From Candidatus Parcubacteria bacterium (lineage in GTDB: Bacteria; Patescibacteriota; Minisyncoccia; Phycocordibacterales; JAKAEA01): a DNA stretch of 57,647 nt. This document shows, one piece after another, positions 10,207-21,078 of this stretch (position 1 is its first letter; each line of letters starts with the position of its first letter). The notes under the pieces are model-generated. The model saw nothing but the letters and a program-made list of their open reading frames with translations. It was not told the DNA's origin and did not search any database. Location: positions 1 to 57,647 of the forward strand of contig CAWDXL010000019.1 in the NCBI GenBank assembly GCA_963806325.1, read 5' to 3'. The position numbers were made by a program, and so were the translations under genes.

Positions 10207-10593
10207 ATGGATTCAATAGCAAACCTCATTACATCAATAAAAAACGCGAGCGCTGTCGGCAAAGAGACAGTCGTGGTGCCGTACTCAAGGATGAAAGAAT
10301 CCATCTTGGCTATTCTTGAAAAAGAAGGCTATGTAAAATCTGTTGCAAAGAAAGGCAAGAAGCTTTCAAAAACACTCGAAGTGACTCTTGTGTATGACGA
10401 TTACGGATCACGCATCAAGGGTATTGAGCGAATGTCAAAGCTTTCAAAACGATCTTACAGCGGTGCGCAGGATTTGAAACCGGTTAAACAGGGTCACGGT
10501 GTCATGGTACTCACTACATCAAAGGGTATTATGACCGATGCGATGGCTCGCAAAGAAAAAGTCGGCGGAGAGCTGTTGTTTAAAGTTTGGTAA
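10207..10593 (+). CDS. rpsH: 30S ribosomal protein S8
   Basis: MDSIANLITSIKNA; TTSKGIMT...GGELL. Confidence 0.96.
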   Translation: MDSIANLITSIKNASAVGKETVVVPYSRMKESILAILEKEGYVKSVAKKGKKLSKTLEVTLVYDDYGSRIKGIERMSKLSKRSYSGAQDLKPVKQGHGVMVLTTSKGIMTDAMARKEKVGGELLFKVW

Positions 10594-10611
10594 TCGATTT
10601 ATAAAAATATC

Positions 10612-11139
10612 ATGTCCAGAATCGGCAAAAGAATCATAACACTCGGAGCGACAACAGAGGCAAAACTCACTGGTTCTGTTTTGGCTATCAAGGGTCCAAA
10701 GGGAACGCTTGAACGCTCATTTGGTCCTGAGATTGATATTAAAATCGAAGGCAAAAATATTTCTCTTTCGCCAAAAGACGAGGCAGTCGTAAGCATGTGG
10801 GGTACATATGCTTCTCACGTGGTCAACATGGTAAAAGGTGTCAATGAAAGCTTTACCAAAAAACTCATTATTGAGGGTATCGGCTACAAAGCTGATGTCA
10901 AAGGTACAGATCTTGTCCTTGCACTCGGATTTTCTCATCCTGTTGTCAAAAAAATTTCTTCAACTCTTAAAGTTGCTTCAGATAAAGGTATTGTAACGAT
11001 AAGCGGCCTTGATAAAGAAGAAGTTGGACAGTTTGCGGCAGAAATCCGTGCTTTGAAGAAGCCTGAGCCGTATAAAGGCAAGGGAATCCGGTACGATAAT
11101 GAGATTATCCGAAGAAAGCAGGGTAAGAAATCGGTCTAG
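10612..11139 (+). CDS. rplF: 50S ribosomal protein L6
   Basis: MSRIGK, GFSHPV and PEPYKGKGI motifs. Confidence 0.98.
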   Translation: MSRIGKRIITLGATTEAKLTGSVLAIKGPKGTLERSFGPEIDIKIEGKNISLSPKDEAVVSMWGTYASHVVNMVKGVNESFTKKLIIEGIGYKADVKGTDLVLALGFSHPVVKKISSTLKVASDKGIVTISGLDKEEVGQFAAEIRALKKPEPYKGKGIRYDNEIIRRKQGKKSV

Positions 11140-11147
11140 TCATTTTT

Positions 11148-11489
11148 ATGAGTACTACAACAAACAATAGAATACGTCGCCACAATAGGATCCGAGCAAA
11201 AGTCAAAGGTACTCTTGAGCGTCCTCGCTTGTCGGTATATAAATCAAACAGGCATTTGTATGCTCAGCTTATTGATGATGATAAAGCTGTCACCGTCGCT
11301 TCCATTTCTACAGAAAAAATTGCTGGAAAGGGGATGATTGAGAAAGCCGCTTCTGCCGGAAAAGAAATTGCCAAGCGTGCGGCTGCAAAAAATATCAAAA
11401 AGGTTGTGTTTGATCGCGGCGGTTTTATTTATACAGGTCAGGTAAAAGCATTGGCCGATGGTGCCCGGGAAGGCGGTCTTGAATTTTAA
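11148..11489 (+). CDS. rplR: 50S ribosomal protein L18
   Basis: [16 protein letters not shown] and AREGGLEF motifs. Confidence 0.97.
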   Translation: MSTTTNNRIRRHNRIRAKVKGTLERPRLSVYKSNRHLYAQLIDDDKAVTVASISTEKIAGKGMIEKAASAGKEIAKRAAAKNIKKVVFDRGGFIYTGQVKALADGAREGGLEF

Positions 11490-11512
11490 TTCGACTTCAC
11501 AATACATATTTT

Positions 11513-12190
11513 ATGTCAGAACAGGATAACAAACAGCAAAATAGCACTCAGCCTTCGCAGGCGCACACAGTTCCTGCAGCAGCTTCTGCTGCTCCGGCAG
11601 CCGCCGATGCAGGTCGCAGCAACAGACCCGATCGTCGTGGTACTACAGGTAGCGCTGGTGCAGGTGCCCGACGCAATCCTCGCCGCGGAGGACGTTCTGA
11701 TGCAAAAACTCGCCCTGAATTCGACCAGAAAATCATTGATATCCGCCGTGTTGCTCGCGTTGTAGCCGGAGGACGACGTTTTAGCTTCTCGGTCGCTCTT
11801 GTTATTGGTGACCATAAAGGTCAGGTTGGCGTAGGTCTTGGTAAAGCCGGTGATACCGCTCTTGCTATTGAAAAGGCTATGAAGAATGCCAAGAAACATC
11901 TCGTAAAAGTTCCTGTTACGAAGAGTATGTCAATTCCATACGAAATATCATCAAAATACAATGCATCGCGCGTTACACTTACTCCAACTCCCGGCCGCGG
12001 TATTGTTGCAGGTAGTTCCGTCCGCAGTATCATTGAGCTTGCAGGTCTCAAAGACGTGGGTGCCAAGCTTCGCTCGGGATCAAAAAATAGACTCAATAAT
12101 GCGCGAGTTGCTTTGAAAGCACTCGGAGATTTGAGACCTCACCGCCTCTCACGTCGCGTAGCTGCATCTTCTGTTGCCGCTGTTCAGTAA
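11513..12190 (+). CDS. rpsE: 30S ribosomal protein S5 with long disordered N-terminus
   Basis: RVARVVAGGRRFSF; GVGLGKA. Confidence 0.97.
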   Translation: MSEQDNKQQNSTQPSQAHTVPAAASAAPAAADAGRSNRPDRRGTTGSAGAGARRNPRRGGRSDAKTRPEFDQKIIDIRRVARVVAGGRRFSFSVALVIGDHKGQVGVGLGKAGDTALAIEKAMKNAKKHLVKVPVTKSMSIPYEISSKYNASRVTLTPTPGRGIVAGSSVRSIIELAGLKDVGAKLRSGSKNRLNNARVALKALGDLRPHRLSRRVAASSVAAVQ

Positions 12191-12200
12191 CAAATTTTTT

Positions 12201-12647
12201 ATGCAATTCAATAATATTACAAGAAAGACGAAGAATAAGAAGCGCATGACCGTTGCCCGCGGAGGCAAGCGCGGTAAGACTTCTGGCCGCGGTACCAAGG
12301 GCCAAAAATCCCGTTCAGGCCACAAGATCCGTCCTGAAATCCGCGATATCATCAAGCGTATTCCTAAGATGCGCGGTCGTGGCAAAAACAGCAACCTCTC
12401 AATACAGATGCGCCCAATTGCTGTCAATCTCGAAGCATTAGAAGCTGTATTTTCAAATGGTGATACAGTCACCCGGGAGGCCCTCCTTGAAAAGGGTGTC
12501 ATTTCTCGCCAGGGAGGGAAAATTCCTCTCCTCAAGATTCTTGCTCTTGGAGATGTTACTAAAAAACTTACGATTAAAAATATTCCGATTTCAGCTTCCG
12601 CAAAAGCTAAGCTTGTAAAAGCTGGCGGCTCTGTTTCCAATGAATAA
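12201..12647 (+). CDS. rplO: 50S ribosomal protein L15
   Basis: RGKTSGRGTKGQKSRSG; follows rpsE directly with no rpmD. Confidence 0.95.
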   Translation: MQFNNITRKTKNKKRMTVARGGKRGKTSGRGTKGQKSRSGHKIRPEIRDIIKRIPKMRGRGKNSNLSIQMRPIAVNLEALEAVFSNGDTVTREALLEKGVISRQGGKIPLLKILALGDVTKKLTIKNIPISASAKAKLVKAGGSVSNE

Positions 12648-13911
12648 ACTTTTTGAAAAATTAGGCTTAGCCCTCAAAGATCGAGTCCTTCAGTGGAGAA
12701 TCTTTATCACGCTCTGCTTGCTTGTTGTATTTCGTTTGCTTGCCGCTATTCCAATCCCGGGCATTGATACAGCGCGCTTGTCTGCACTTTTTGCCGGAAA
12801 TCAATTTCTCGGTCTTCTCAACGTTTTCTCAGGCGGCGGATTTTCACGCCTCTCTGTTGTGATGCTCGGTGTTGGTCCATATATCACTGCCACTATCATC
12901 ATGCAGCTCCTGACGCTTCTTTCTCCACGCCTCAAAGCTTTATATCAGGAAGAAGGGCAGGCAGGCAGAATGAAATTTGCCCAGTACTCGCGTCTTCTCA
13001 CGGTGCCTCTCGCTATGATCCAGGCATTCGGTTTCCTTGTGCTTCTTGAACAGCAAAGCATCATTTCTACACTCTCTTCCTTTGCTCTTATTTTAAATAT
13101 TCTTATCATTACCGCCGGCTCAGTCTTCCTTATGTGGATCGGCGAGCGCATTACCGAATTCGGCATAGGCAACGGCACATCGCTTATCATTTTTGCGGGT
13201 ATCATTGCAGCGCTTCCGACAAACATTGGCCAGGCTGCAATTGCCTATGATCCATCTCAGCTGCCAATGTACATTGCCCTTCTCATCGGTGCATGCCTTT
13301 TGGTATACGGTGTCGTTATTGTTACCGAGGCTGAACGTCCAGTACCTGTGACCTATGCCAAGCGTGTACGCGGCAATAAAGTGTATGGGGGAGTATCAAC
13401 GTATCTTCCCCTCCGTCTCAATCAGGCAGGTGTCATTCCAATTATTTTCGCCCTCTCACTTTTGCTGTTTCCTCAGGTTGTCTTCAAATTTTTGGGCGAA
13501 GTGCACAATGTGATGATTGCCAATGCCTCTATGTGGCTCTACAATCTCTTCCAGAACCAGTGGTTCTACGATATCGCGTACTTCATCCTTGTCTTTGCCT
13601 TTACGTATTTCTACACAGCTGTCACCTTTGATCCAGAAGCAATCTCAACAAATCTCCAGAAGAACGGCGCCTTTATTCCTGGTGTACGCCCAGGTATGTC
13701 GACAGCAGTATACATTTCAAAAGTTCTCACGAGAATTACCGCTTTCGGCGCGCTCTTCCTAGCTATTATTGCCGTTCTCCCGCTCATTATTCGTTCCTAC
13801 ACTGGCATTACTTCGCTCGCCATCGGCGGTACCGCGCTCCTCATTGTCATCTCGGTTGTCGTTGATCTCATCAAAAAAACAGAAGCGCAGGTAACCATGA
13901 AGGAATACTAA
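12640..13911 (+). CDS. secY: Preprotein translocase subunit SecY
   Basis: LGVGPYITA, GIGNGTSL and FIPGVRPG motifs; about 10 TM segments. Confidence 0.98.
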   Translation: MNKLFEKLGLALKDRVLQWRIFITLCLLVVFRLLAAIPIPGIDTARLSALFAGNQFLGLLNVFSGGGFSRLSVVMLGVGPYITATIIMQLLTLLSPRLKALYQEEGQAGRMKFAQYSRLLTVPLAMIQAFGFLVLLEQQSIISTLSSFALILNILIITAGSVFLMWIGERITEFGIGNGTSLIIFAGIIAALPTNIGQAAIAYDPSQLPMYIALLIGACLLVYGVVIVTEAERPVPVTYAKRVRGNKVYGGVSTYLPLRLNQAGVIPIIFALSLLLFPQVVFKFLGEVHNVMIANASMWLYNLFQNQWFYDIAYFILVFAFTYFYTAVTFDPEAISTNLQKNGAFIPGVRPGMSTAVYISKVLTRITAFGALFLAIIAVLPLIIRSYTGITSLAIGGTALLIVISVVVDLIKKTEAQVTMKEY

Positions 13912-13924
13912 ACAAGAATAAAAT

Positions 13925-13950
13925 AAAAAATCCGCTTCGGCGGATTTTTT
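13925..13950. terminator. Intrinsic terminator after secY
   Basis: AAAAAATCCGC-TTCG-GCGGATTTTTT. Confidence 0.85.
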
Positions 13951-13998
13951 GTGCTTTCAATTGGCGGTCATATTTCTTTTGAAAATGCTAAAATAATC

Positions 13999-15061
13999 AT
14001 GTTTATGGACTACTCCTATCCGTTGTTAAAAAAGGTATTTGATCATTATCATAAAACCTCCAGTATCTCCGAGTATTATTTGGTGTGTTGCCAGCATTTG
14101 CTTGAGCCGCAGTTGGAGATGTTTAAGTGCCTTATTTCATTTGGATTTGATCCAGAAAAAATTGTTGTCCTCGGGAAAGCGTATTCCTCAAACAAAGAGG
14201 TGATTGCTGATTTAAGAAAAACAGGCATAAATGTGTTTCAGCCTGAATTTTCCGGAATTTCTTTTGATGATGAGCATAGATTAAATTGCAGTAAAATACT
14301 TGAAGTTGTTCCAAAAGACGCTGCTGTAATTATTCTTGATGATGGAGGTGAATTGATAAAATGCTTTGCTGAAGCAGATAGAAAAGTATTGTTTGCGGTA
14401 GAGCAAACATCTTCCGGTTTCAGAAAAATTGAAAATGAGCAGATTGTTTTTCCGGTGGTAAATGTTGCTCGTTCAGTAACAAAACTAGTTCAGGAAAGCC
14501 CTTTTGTTGCTCGGCTTTGCTATGAGCGCATCAAGAGTTTTTTTGATGAAAAGAATATTATTAAGCCATCCATTCTAATTGTTGGTCTTGGAGCTATTGG
14601 TGAGGCTATAATACAGGTATTCAGGCAAGCAGGTTTTTACGTTGAGGGATTTGATATTAAACACGGACACAATGATTTGCCTTCTTTTATAAAAAGATTA
14701 AAGCCGGATGTTGTAATTGGGGCAACCGGCTTTAGTATTTTGGGAAAGGCTGATATTGAGCAATTCGTATCCGAAAAAACTCTTTATTTTATAAGCGTCT
14801 CATCTTCGGATAGAGAATTTCCAGTTGCTTATTTTCGCTCAGGAAATGAAATACACAAAGATGTTATTTATAAAAATATGGTTTTTGTAAATAATGGTTT
14901 CCCGATAACTTTCAAGGGGAATAGAGTTGAACTTACTCCGATTGAAATAGAGAAAAACCCTCTGTCTTCTGGGAGGTTCGGTAGTTTATGGTGCTACTCA
15001 TCCATTTAAAAACAATGGTTTTGTAGAGGTTCCGCAAGAATTAGAAAATATTATAAATTAA
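13999..15061 (+). CDS. Divergent S-adenosylhomocysteine hydrolase-like NAD-binding protein (indel near 14955)
   Basis: ILDDGGEL, VEQTSSG, FPVVNVARS and VGLGAIG parallel AHCY motifs; C-terminus continues in a shifted frame to TAA at 15061. Confidence 0.6.
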
Positions 15062-15085
15062 GTTTCTCTGTGCTATACTCATTTT

Positions 15086-15676
15086 ATGACACCTAAAACA
15101 TTCATATTTTTTGGCCGTTCAGGTTCGGGAAAGGGTACCCAAGCTCAGCTTTTAATCAAATACCTTCAGGAAAAAGATGCCAGCAATAAGGTGGTCTATA
15201 TCGAAACAGGTTCCAAACTCCGCGAGTTTTCTCACGAGGTTGGCCTTTCTGCTCAGCTGACCGCGAAAGTCATGGCTGACGGCGGTCTTTTGCCGTCATT
15301 TCTTCCGATTTGGATCTGGACGCATTTCTTTGTACGTAATCTAAACGGTACAGAGCATATGATCCTCGATGGTCTTTCCCGCCGTGCCTATGAAGCGCCG
15401 ATTTTGGATGATGCCCTGAAGTTTTATAAGCGCGAAAAACCGTTCGTTGTATGCATCAATGTATCCCGCGACTGGGCGAAGGAACATCTTTTAAAGCGAG
15501 ACAGAAGCGATGATAATAAGAGAAGCATTGATGAGCGTCTCGACTGGTATGATTCTAACGTATTGCCGACAATCGAGTATTTCAAGAAAAGTGACTATTA
15601 TCAAATGATTGATATTAATGGCGAGCAGTCAATTGAGGATGTACATAAAGAAATGCTTGAGAGGCTTGGATTATAA
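15086..15676 (+). CDS. adk: Adenylate kinase (short-LID form)
   Basis: GRSGSGKGTQA P-loop; RSDD; secY-adk-map context. Confidence 0.88.
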   Translation: MTPKTFIFFGRSGSGKGTQAQLLIKYLQEKDASNKVVYIETGSKLREFSHEVGLSAQLTAKVMADGGLLPSFLPIWIWTHFFVRNLNGTEHMILDGLSRRAYEAPILDDALKFYKREKPFVVCINVSRDWAKEHLLKRDRSDDNKRSIDERLDWYDSNVLPTIEYFKKSDYYQMIDINGEQSIEDVHKEMLERLGL

Positions 15677-15679
15677 AAT

Positions 15680-16450
15680 ATGATTACCATAAAAACTCCG
15701 GAAGATATCAAAAAATTACGCGAGGGCGGCCGGCGGCTTGCTGAGATTTTGCATGCAGTCTCCCTTGAAGCAAAACCTGGCGTCATGACGGATTATCTTG
15801 ATGTAAAAGCGTTTGATCTCATTAAGGCGGGCGGGGACAAATCAGCATTTTTAAATTACAGACCAAAGGGTGCGGCGCGAAAATATCCGGCAAGCCTCTG
15901 TGTGTCTATTAATGAAGAAGTAGTGCATGGTATTCCAAATGAATATCCGCGAGCGCTGAAAGAGGGAGACATTGTCAGTCTTGATCTTGGTTTAATCCAT
16001 GATGGTCTTTACACCGATCATGCCATTACGGTGGCGGTGGGGGCTGTGAGCGGCAAAGCTCGGGAGCTTATGGACGTTACAAAGAAAGCTATGATGCTTG
16101 GAATTGCGCAGGCTCGAGCCGGAAAGAAGACGGGTGATATTGGCTACGCCATAGAATCATGCGCGTTGAAGCACAAGCTCGGCATTGTGGAAGAACTCAC
16201 TGGCCACGGCGTAGGCTATGCGGTGCATGAAGATCCATTCGTACCAAATTTCGGCGCTCAAAATGAAGGCGCGCTTTTGAAGGCTGGCATGGTCATTGCT
16301 ATTGAACCTATGTTTACGCTCGGCGCTCCGGACGTCGAGCTTCTTTCTGATGAGTGGACGTATGCTACGGTTGATAAATCTTTAGCTGCCCACTTTGAGC
16401 ATACGGTGGTGATTACGGATGGTGACCCAGAGATTTTGACAAAAATTTAA
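15680..16450 (+). CDS. map: Methionine aminopeptidase, type I
   Basis: NEEVVHGIP, GHGVG, AIEPM and AHFEHT motifs. Confidence 0.97.
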   Translation: MITIKTPEDIKKLREGGRRLAEILHAVSLEAKPGVMTDYLDVKAFDLIKAGGDKSAFLNYRPKGAARKYPASLCVSINEEVVHGIPNEYPRALKEGDIVSLDLGLIHDGLYTDHAITVAVGAVSGKARELMDVTKKAMMLGIAQARAGKKTGDIGYAIESCALKHKLGIVEELTGHGVGYAVHEDPFVPNFGAQNEGALLKAGMVIAIEPMFTLGAPDVELLSDEWTYATVDKSLAAHFEHTVVITDGDPEILTKI

Positions 16451-16560
16451 GAAAGTATTCTATAGCAGGCCTCTTTAAAGGTTGGCATGACAGGCACTTA
16501 CATTTAGCAGTGTGTTACTATTACTGTTGAGATTTAAATTACAAACCTGATTATATCATT

Positions 16561-19500
16561 GTGAAACGAAAATCTATTAAAACTATCCTTGTTGCCATAT
16601 TTCTTTTCTTGGCATCAATGGTACCCCGATTAGGCTATGCATATGATTTCTCACCGACAAATGCCCAAGCACCCACACCCTCTGAAGTGCTTATTGTCTA
16701 CAACTCCAATATTACAACTGATTCCGATACCGCTCTCTGTGGTTCTACGCAGGAAAGTCAATGTTTGGCACAATATTACGCTACTGCCCGCGGTATTCCC
16801 TCAGTAAATGTTCTTGGAATAGCAGCCCCGACCACAAGCGGCAGCGATGTTGAAATTATTTCTAAGACCGATTATATAAATGGAATTGAAACTCCAATAG
16901 AAAACTATCTTTCGTCGGCAACATCAAGCGATAATATTCTTCTCAAAAACAAAATTAGGGATATTGTGCTCATGAAGGGGATTCCGCTAAAGATTAATGA
17001 TGGTTACGGAAAATCTGTAGACACATCGGTTGCACAGTTATTTACACCCTATGTGACAACATCGTCAAATCTAGGAGGGGCGTTGTTCAATCCCTACTTT
17101 AATGTGGATTCTTTATTTGCTGGTTCCTATCATTTCATCGCCAACACATTTTCGGTTGGCAGCTATGCTCTGAATTACATTGTCACCCGTCTCGATGGCC
17201 AGAGTGTTGCAGATGTGAAAGGGATGGTTGATCGATCACTTGCTGCCGATACTTCCGGACAAAAATATTTTGTCATTGATGAAATGGTAACTGATTATTA
17301 TGGATATCAAAGTACGAACATAAAGGCAGATGTTACGCTTAGAAATTTTAGATACAACGATATCTATGATGGAACAAATGCAACTCTTACAACAAATTCA
17401 ATCCTTGCTTCTTCAAGTCCTGAAACCACCCCAATGATCGGCTACTTTTCTTATGGAGAAAATAGCCAGGGCGGACAGTCTCCGATGTCGAGTGATATTT
17501 ATACTAATGAAATTGCTAATACTAATGGGAGTCTTTATGCGAATGGGGCGGTGGCTGAAACATTTGAATCGTATAGCGGTCTAACTGTCACCGGAAATGT
17601 TTGCGGCAATCAAAGCTGTATCTCAGATTTTATCGATGCTGGAGGGTCTGGCGGTTTTGGTAATGTCTATGAACCCTACTCTACTTCTTTGCCCGCTACA
17701 TCAATCTGGATGCCGGCATATGCCCGAGGATACACGTGGGGTGAGGCGGCATATATGTCCATTCCGTACATCAATTGGCAAAATATTGTTCTTGGTGATC
17801 CACTAATGACTATCAATAGCGACCCTTTTATTGTTCAAGGCATTCCGCTCCCTCCTGCTAATGTCACTGCTATTGCTGGAAATGCTCTTGCAACTGTGAG
17901 CTTTAATTCAGTATCCGCTAATCCCGCTGTGACTCGCTATGTTGTTACATCTTCTCCAGATAATGTCGTTGCTATTGGAACAACAAGTCCAATTGTTGTT
18001 CCTGGTTTGAGAAATAATATTGCCTATACTTTTAGCGTGTCGGCTGTAAGTGCAGCAGGCACTTCTACCCTTGCATATTCAACTCTAGCAGTTACGCCTC
18101 AATCTTCTCAAGATATTTTAACTTGGACCGATCAAACAACAGCAGGTTCACAGTATTGGCAATCAATAACCTCATCTTCAGACGGCACCAAGCTTGCTGC
18201 CACAGTCAGTGGAGGAGATATTTATACCTCTGCAGATTCTGGCACCACTTGGACCGATCAAACAGCAGCGGGTTCACGGCTTTGGACTTCTATAACCTCA
18301 TCTTCAGACGGCACCAAGCTTGCTGCCACAGTCAGTAGAGGAGATATTTATACCTCTGCAGATTCTGGTGTGACTTGGGCAACTTCTACCGCATCCGGCC
18401 TCCGTATTTGGACTTCTATAACCTCATCTTCAGACGGCACCAAGCTTGCTGCCACAGTCAGTGGAGGAGATATTTATACCTCTGCAGATTCTGGCACCAC
18501 TTGGACCGATCAAACAGCAGCGGGTTCACAGCATTGGTATTCTATAACCTCATCTTCAGACGGCACCAAGCTGGCGGCAGTAGTTGCTGGCAACCTTATT
18601 TCAGGTACTGTCGGTGATATTTATACCTCTGCAGATTCTGGCACCACTTGGACCGATCAAACAGCAGCGGGTTCACGGGATTGGCAATCAATAACCTCAT
18701 CTTCAGACGGCACCAAGCTTGCTGCCACAGTCAGTGGAGGAGATATTTATACCTCTGCAGATTCTGGCACCACTTGGACCGATCAAACAGCAGCGGGTTC
18801 ACAGCATTGGCAATCAATAACCTCATCTTCAGACGGCACCAAGCTGGCGGCAGTAGTTGCTGGCAACCTTATTTCAGGTACTGTCGGTGGAGGAGGTATT
18901 TATACCTCTGCAGATTCTGGCACCACTTGGACCGATCAAACAACAGCAGGTTCACGGGGTTGGCAATCAATAACCTCATCTTCAGACGGCACCAAGCTTG
19001 CTGCCACAGTCAGTGGAGGAGATATTTATACCGCTGTCTATCCTGCTCCGATAATTACCTCTATCGCTTTCTCTACAACTCAAACAACCGCTACCGTCAC
19101 CTGGGTGACAGATCAAACTGCAAGTTCAACAGTTAATTATGGCCTCACTATTTCATATAGCACAGCGTCAACTTCTCCTGCATTGACTACTACCCACTCA
19201 GTTACGTTGATGGGACTATCTCCAAGTACGACGTATCACTTCCAGGTAGCAGGAGCAAATAGTTTAGGAATAATTTCAACATCAACTGATCAAACATTCA
19301 CCACCTCAGCTGCTTCCGATACCACGTCGCCCACTCCCGGTAGCATCACATTCTCCAATATTACCAATAGTTCCATCACTGCTTCCTCAACCGGTGCTTC
19401 AGACAACGTTGCCCTAGCATCAGAACCCTATCAGTATCACAATGTTACTTCCAATACATATTCTGGTGCTACCTCAACACCGTGGATTGTGACGGGTCTC

Positions 19501-21004
19501 ACCTCTAATACAAACTATACTTTTGAAATCGGTGTCGAAGATTCTTCGGACAACTGGGCGACAACCACACAATCTTCAACTACAACTCTGGCTACTATTA
19601 CAGCTCCAATAGTTACCACGTCCGCCGCGTCGGCAGTGACGCAAACATCGGCTTCATTAAACGGTAGTATCACAGCCACCGGGGGTGCCAATACTACCCA
19701 AAGCGGTTTTGCCTATGGCACAAGTACCAACCTCTCAACTGTCATCGCGACTACAACACTCGGGATGCAAACTGGTACTACGGCACTTTTGTCCGCTATT
19801 TCAAGTTTGATCGCAAATACTACCTACTATGTTCGCGCATATGCTGCAAACTCAGCGGGAACCGGGTATGGTGCGATTGTATCATTCACCACCTCAGCTG
19901 CTTCCGATACCACGCCACCTGGTGTTACTCTCACTGCGCCAATAAATGGCTCCGACGGTGTCTGGTACAGCAGTTACGCTTACTGCAACATCAACTGATA
20001 ATATCGCTGTCACCGGCATTCAATTCAAAATTGACGGTGCAAGTATTGGAGTCTTAGGTACTGCTTCTCCATACTCAATCACATGGGATTCGACAAGTGT
20101 TTCAAACGGTTCGCATGTAATCTCTGCAGTAGCCAACGATGCGGCGGGTAACTATGCGACATCGGCTGTGAGTGTGATTGTTTCGAACACTCTACCTTCT
20201 CTGACTCCTCTTTCAGTCACCACTTCCGATCAGACGGCAAATATGGGTAGTAGCATATCATTTTCAGCTACAGCCTCCGGAGGAGTATCGCCATATAGCT
20301 ATGTTTGGAACTTTGGTGATGGATCGGCAACAAGTTCAAATTCATTGTATTCATACGGAACCGCAGGAACATACTATGCTGTTGTCACCGCAACGGATGC
20401 TTCTTCAAGTGTGGCGTATGCGACATCAACAGTAACTATCAACAATGTTTCTTCTAGCGGTGGAGGGGGTGGGGAAAGTAGTAGTGGCGGTGGAGGGGGT
20501 GGAGCAACTTATGTAGCTCCAGTTTTGCCAACAATTGCGACATCAACCCCTCCTATTTCCGAAGTTTGTATTGATGGGGCCCTCTTCAATACTATGACAG
20601 GTCTTCCGTGTCCGCCTTCTATTGCTATTACCGTATGTCTTCCTGGAGATATGTTTAATAGTTTGACGGGGGCACGATGTTTGGGTGTATCAACTATTGC
20701 TGCACAGGTACCACCAACACCAGCATTTTCCGTTTCTCATATGCCGGCAACTCCTTACACATATCCGCCAACTCCAACTTCTGCCTATGCCTTCACTCAC
20801 AACCTCACGCTCGGAAGCAGGGATCCTGACGTCAAACGGCTCCAGCTTTTCCTCACAGCCCAAGGTTTCTTGAACAAGAAGTACGACACCGGCTACTTTG
20901 GCGTACTCACCAGATCTGCGCTTTCAAAATTTCAAGCTAAATATGGCATTAGCCCTTCAGTGGGGTACTTTGGCGCGGTGACGAGGAGGGCGATAGGGGA
21001 GTAA
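16561..21004 (+). CDS. Giant secreted surface protein: TIGR03790-like domain, FN3, 7-repeat beta-propeller, Ig/PKD domains, C-terminal peptidoglycan-binding domain (indel near 19945)
   Basis: Signal peptide; VLIVYN...YYATARGIP, GNVYEPY and LGDPL; SxDxGxTW repeats; WNFGDG; GYFG...FQ; the two ORFs join in an Ig-like domain. Confidence 0.75.
18121..19032 (+). repeat. Seven intragenic tandem repeats of 126-153 nt (Asp-box/BNR propeller blades)
   Basis: Units start at 18121, 18247, 18373, 18499, 18646, 18772 and 18925; near-identical DNA. Confidence 0.92.
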
Positions 21005-21078
21005 TCATCATATCTCATAGTTATTAGAATTTTATATTTGGTAGAGCAAAAGCTTGCGCTATAATAGGGATATAAATT

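Noticed and set aside
10-13762. Numerous antisense and alternate-frame ORFs over the translation genes
   Set aside because: They are shadow ORFs of highly conserved genes with no independent signals.
18121-19032. Tandem repeats as a CRISPR array
   Set aside because: Units are 126-153 nt, in frame within a protein, with no unique spacers and no cas genes.
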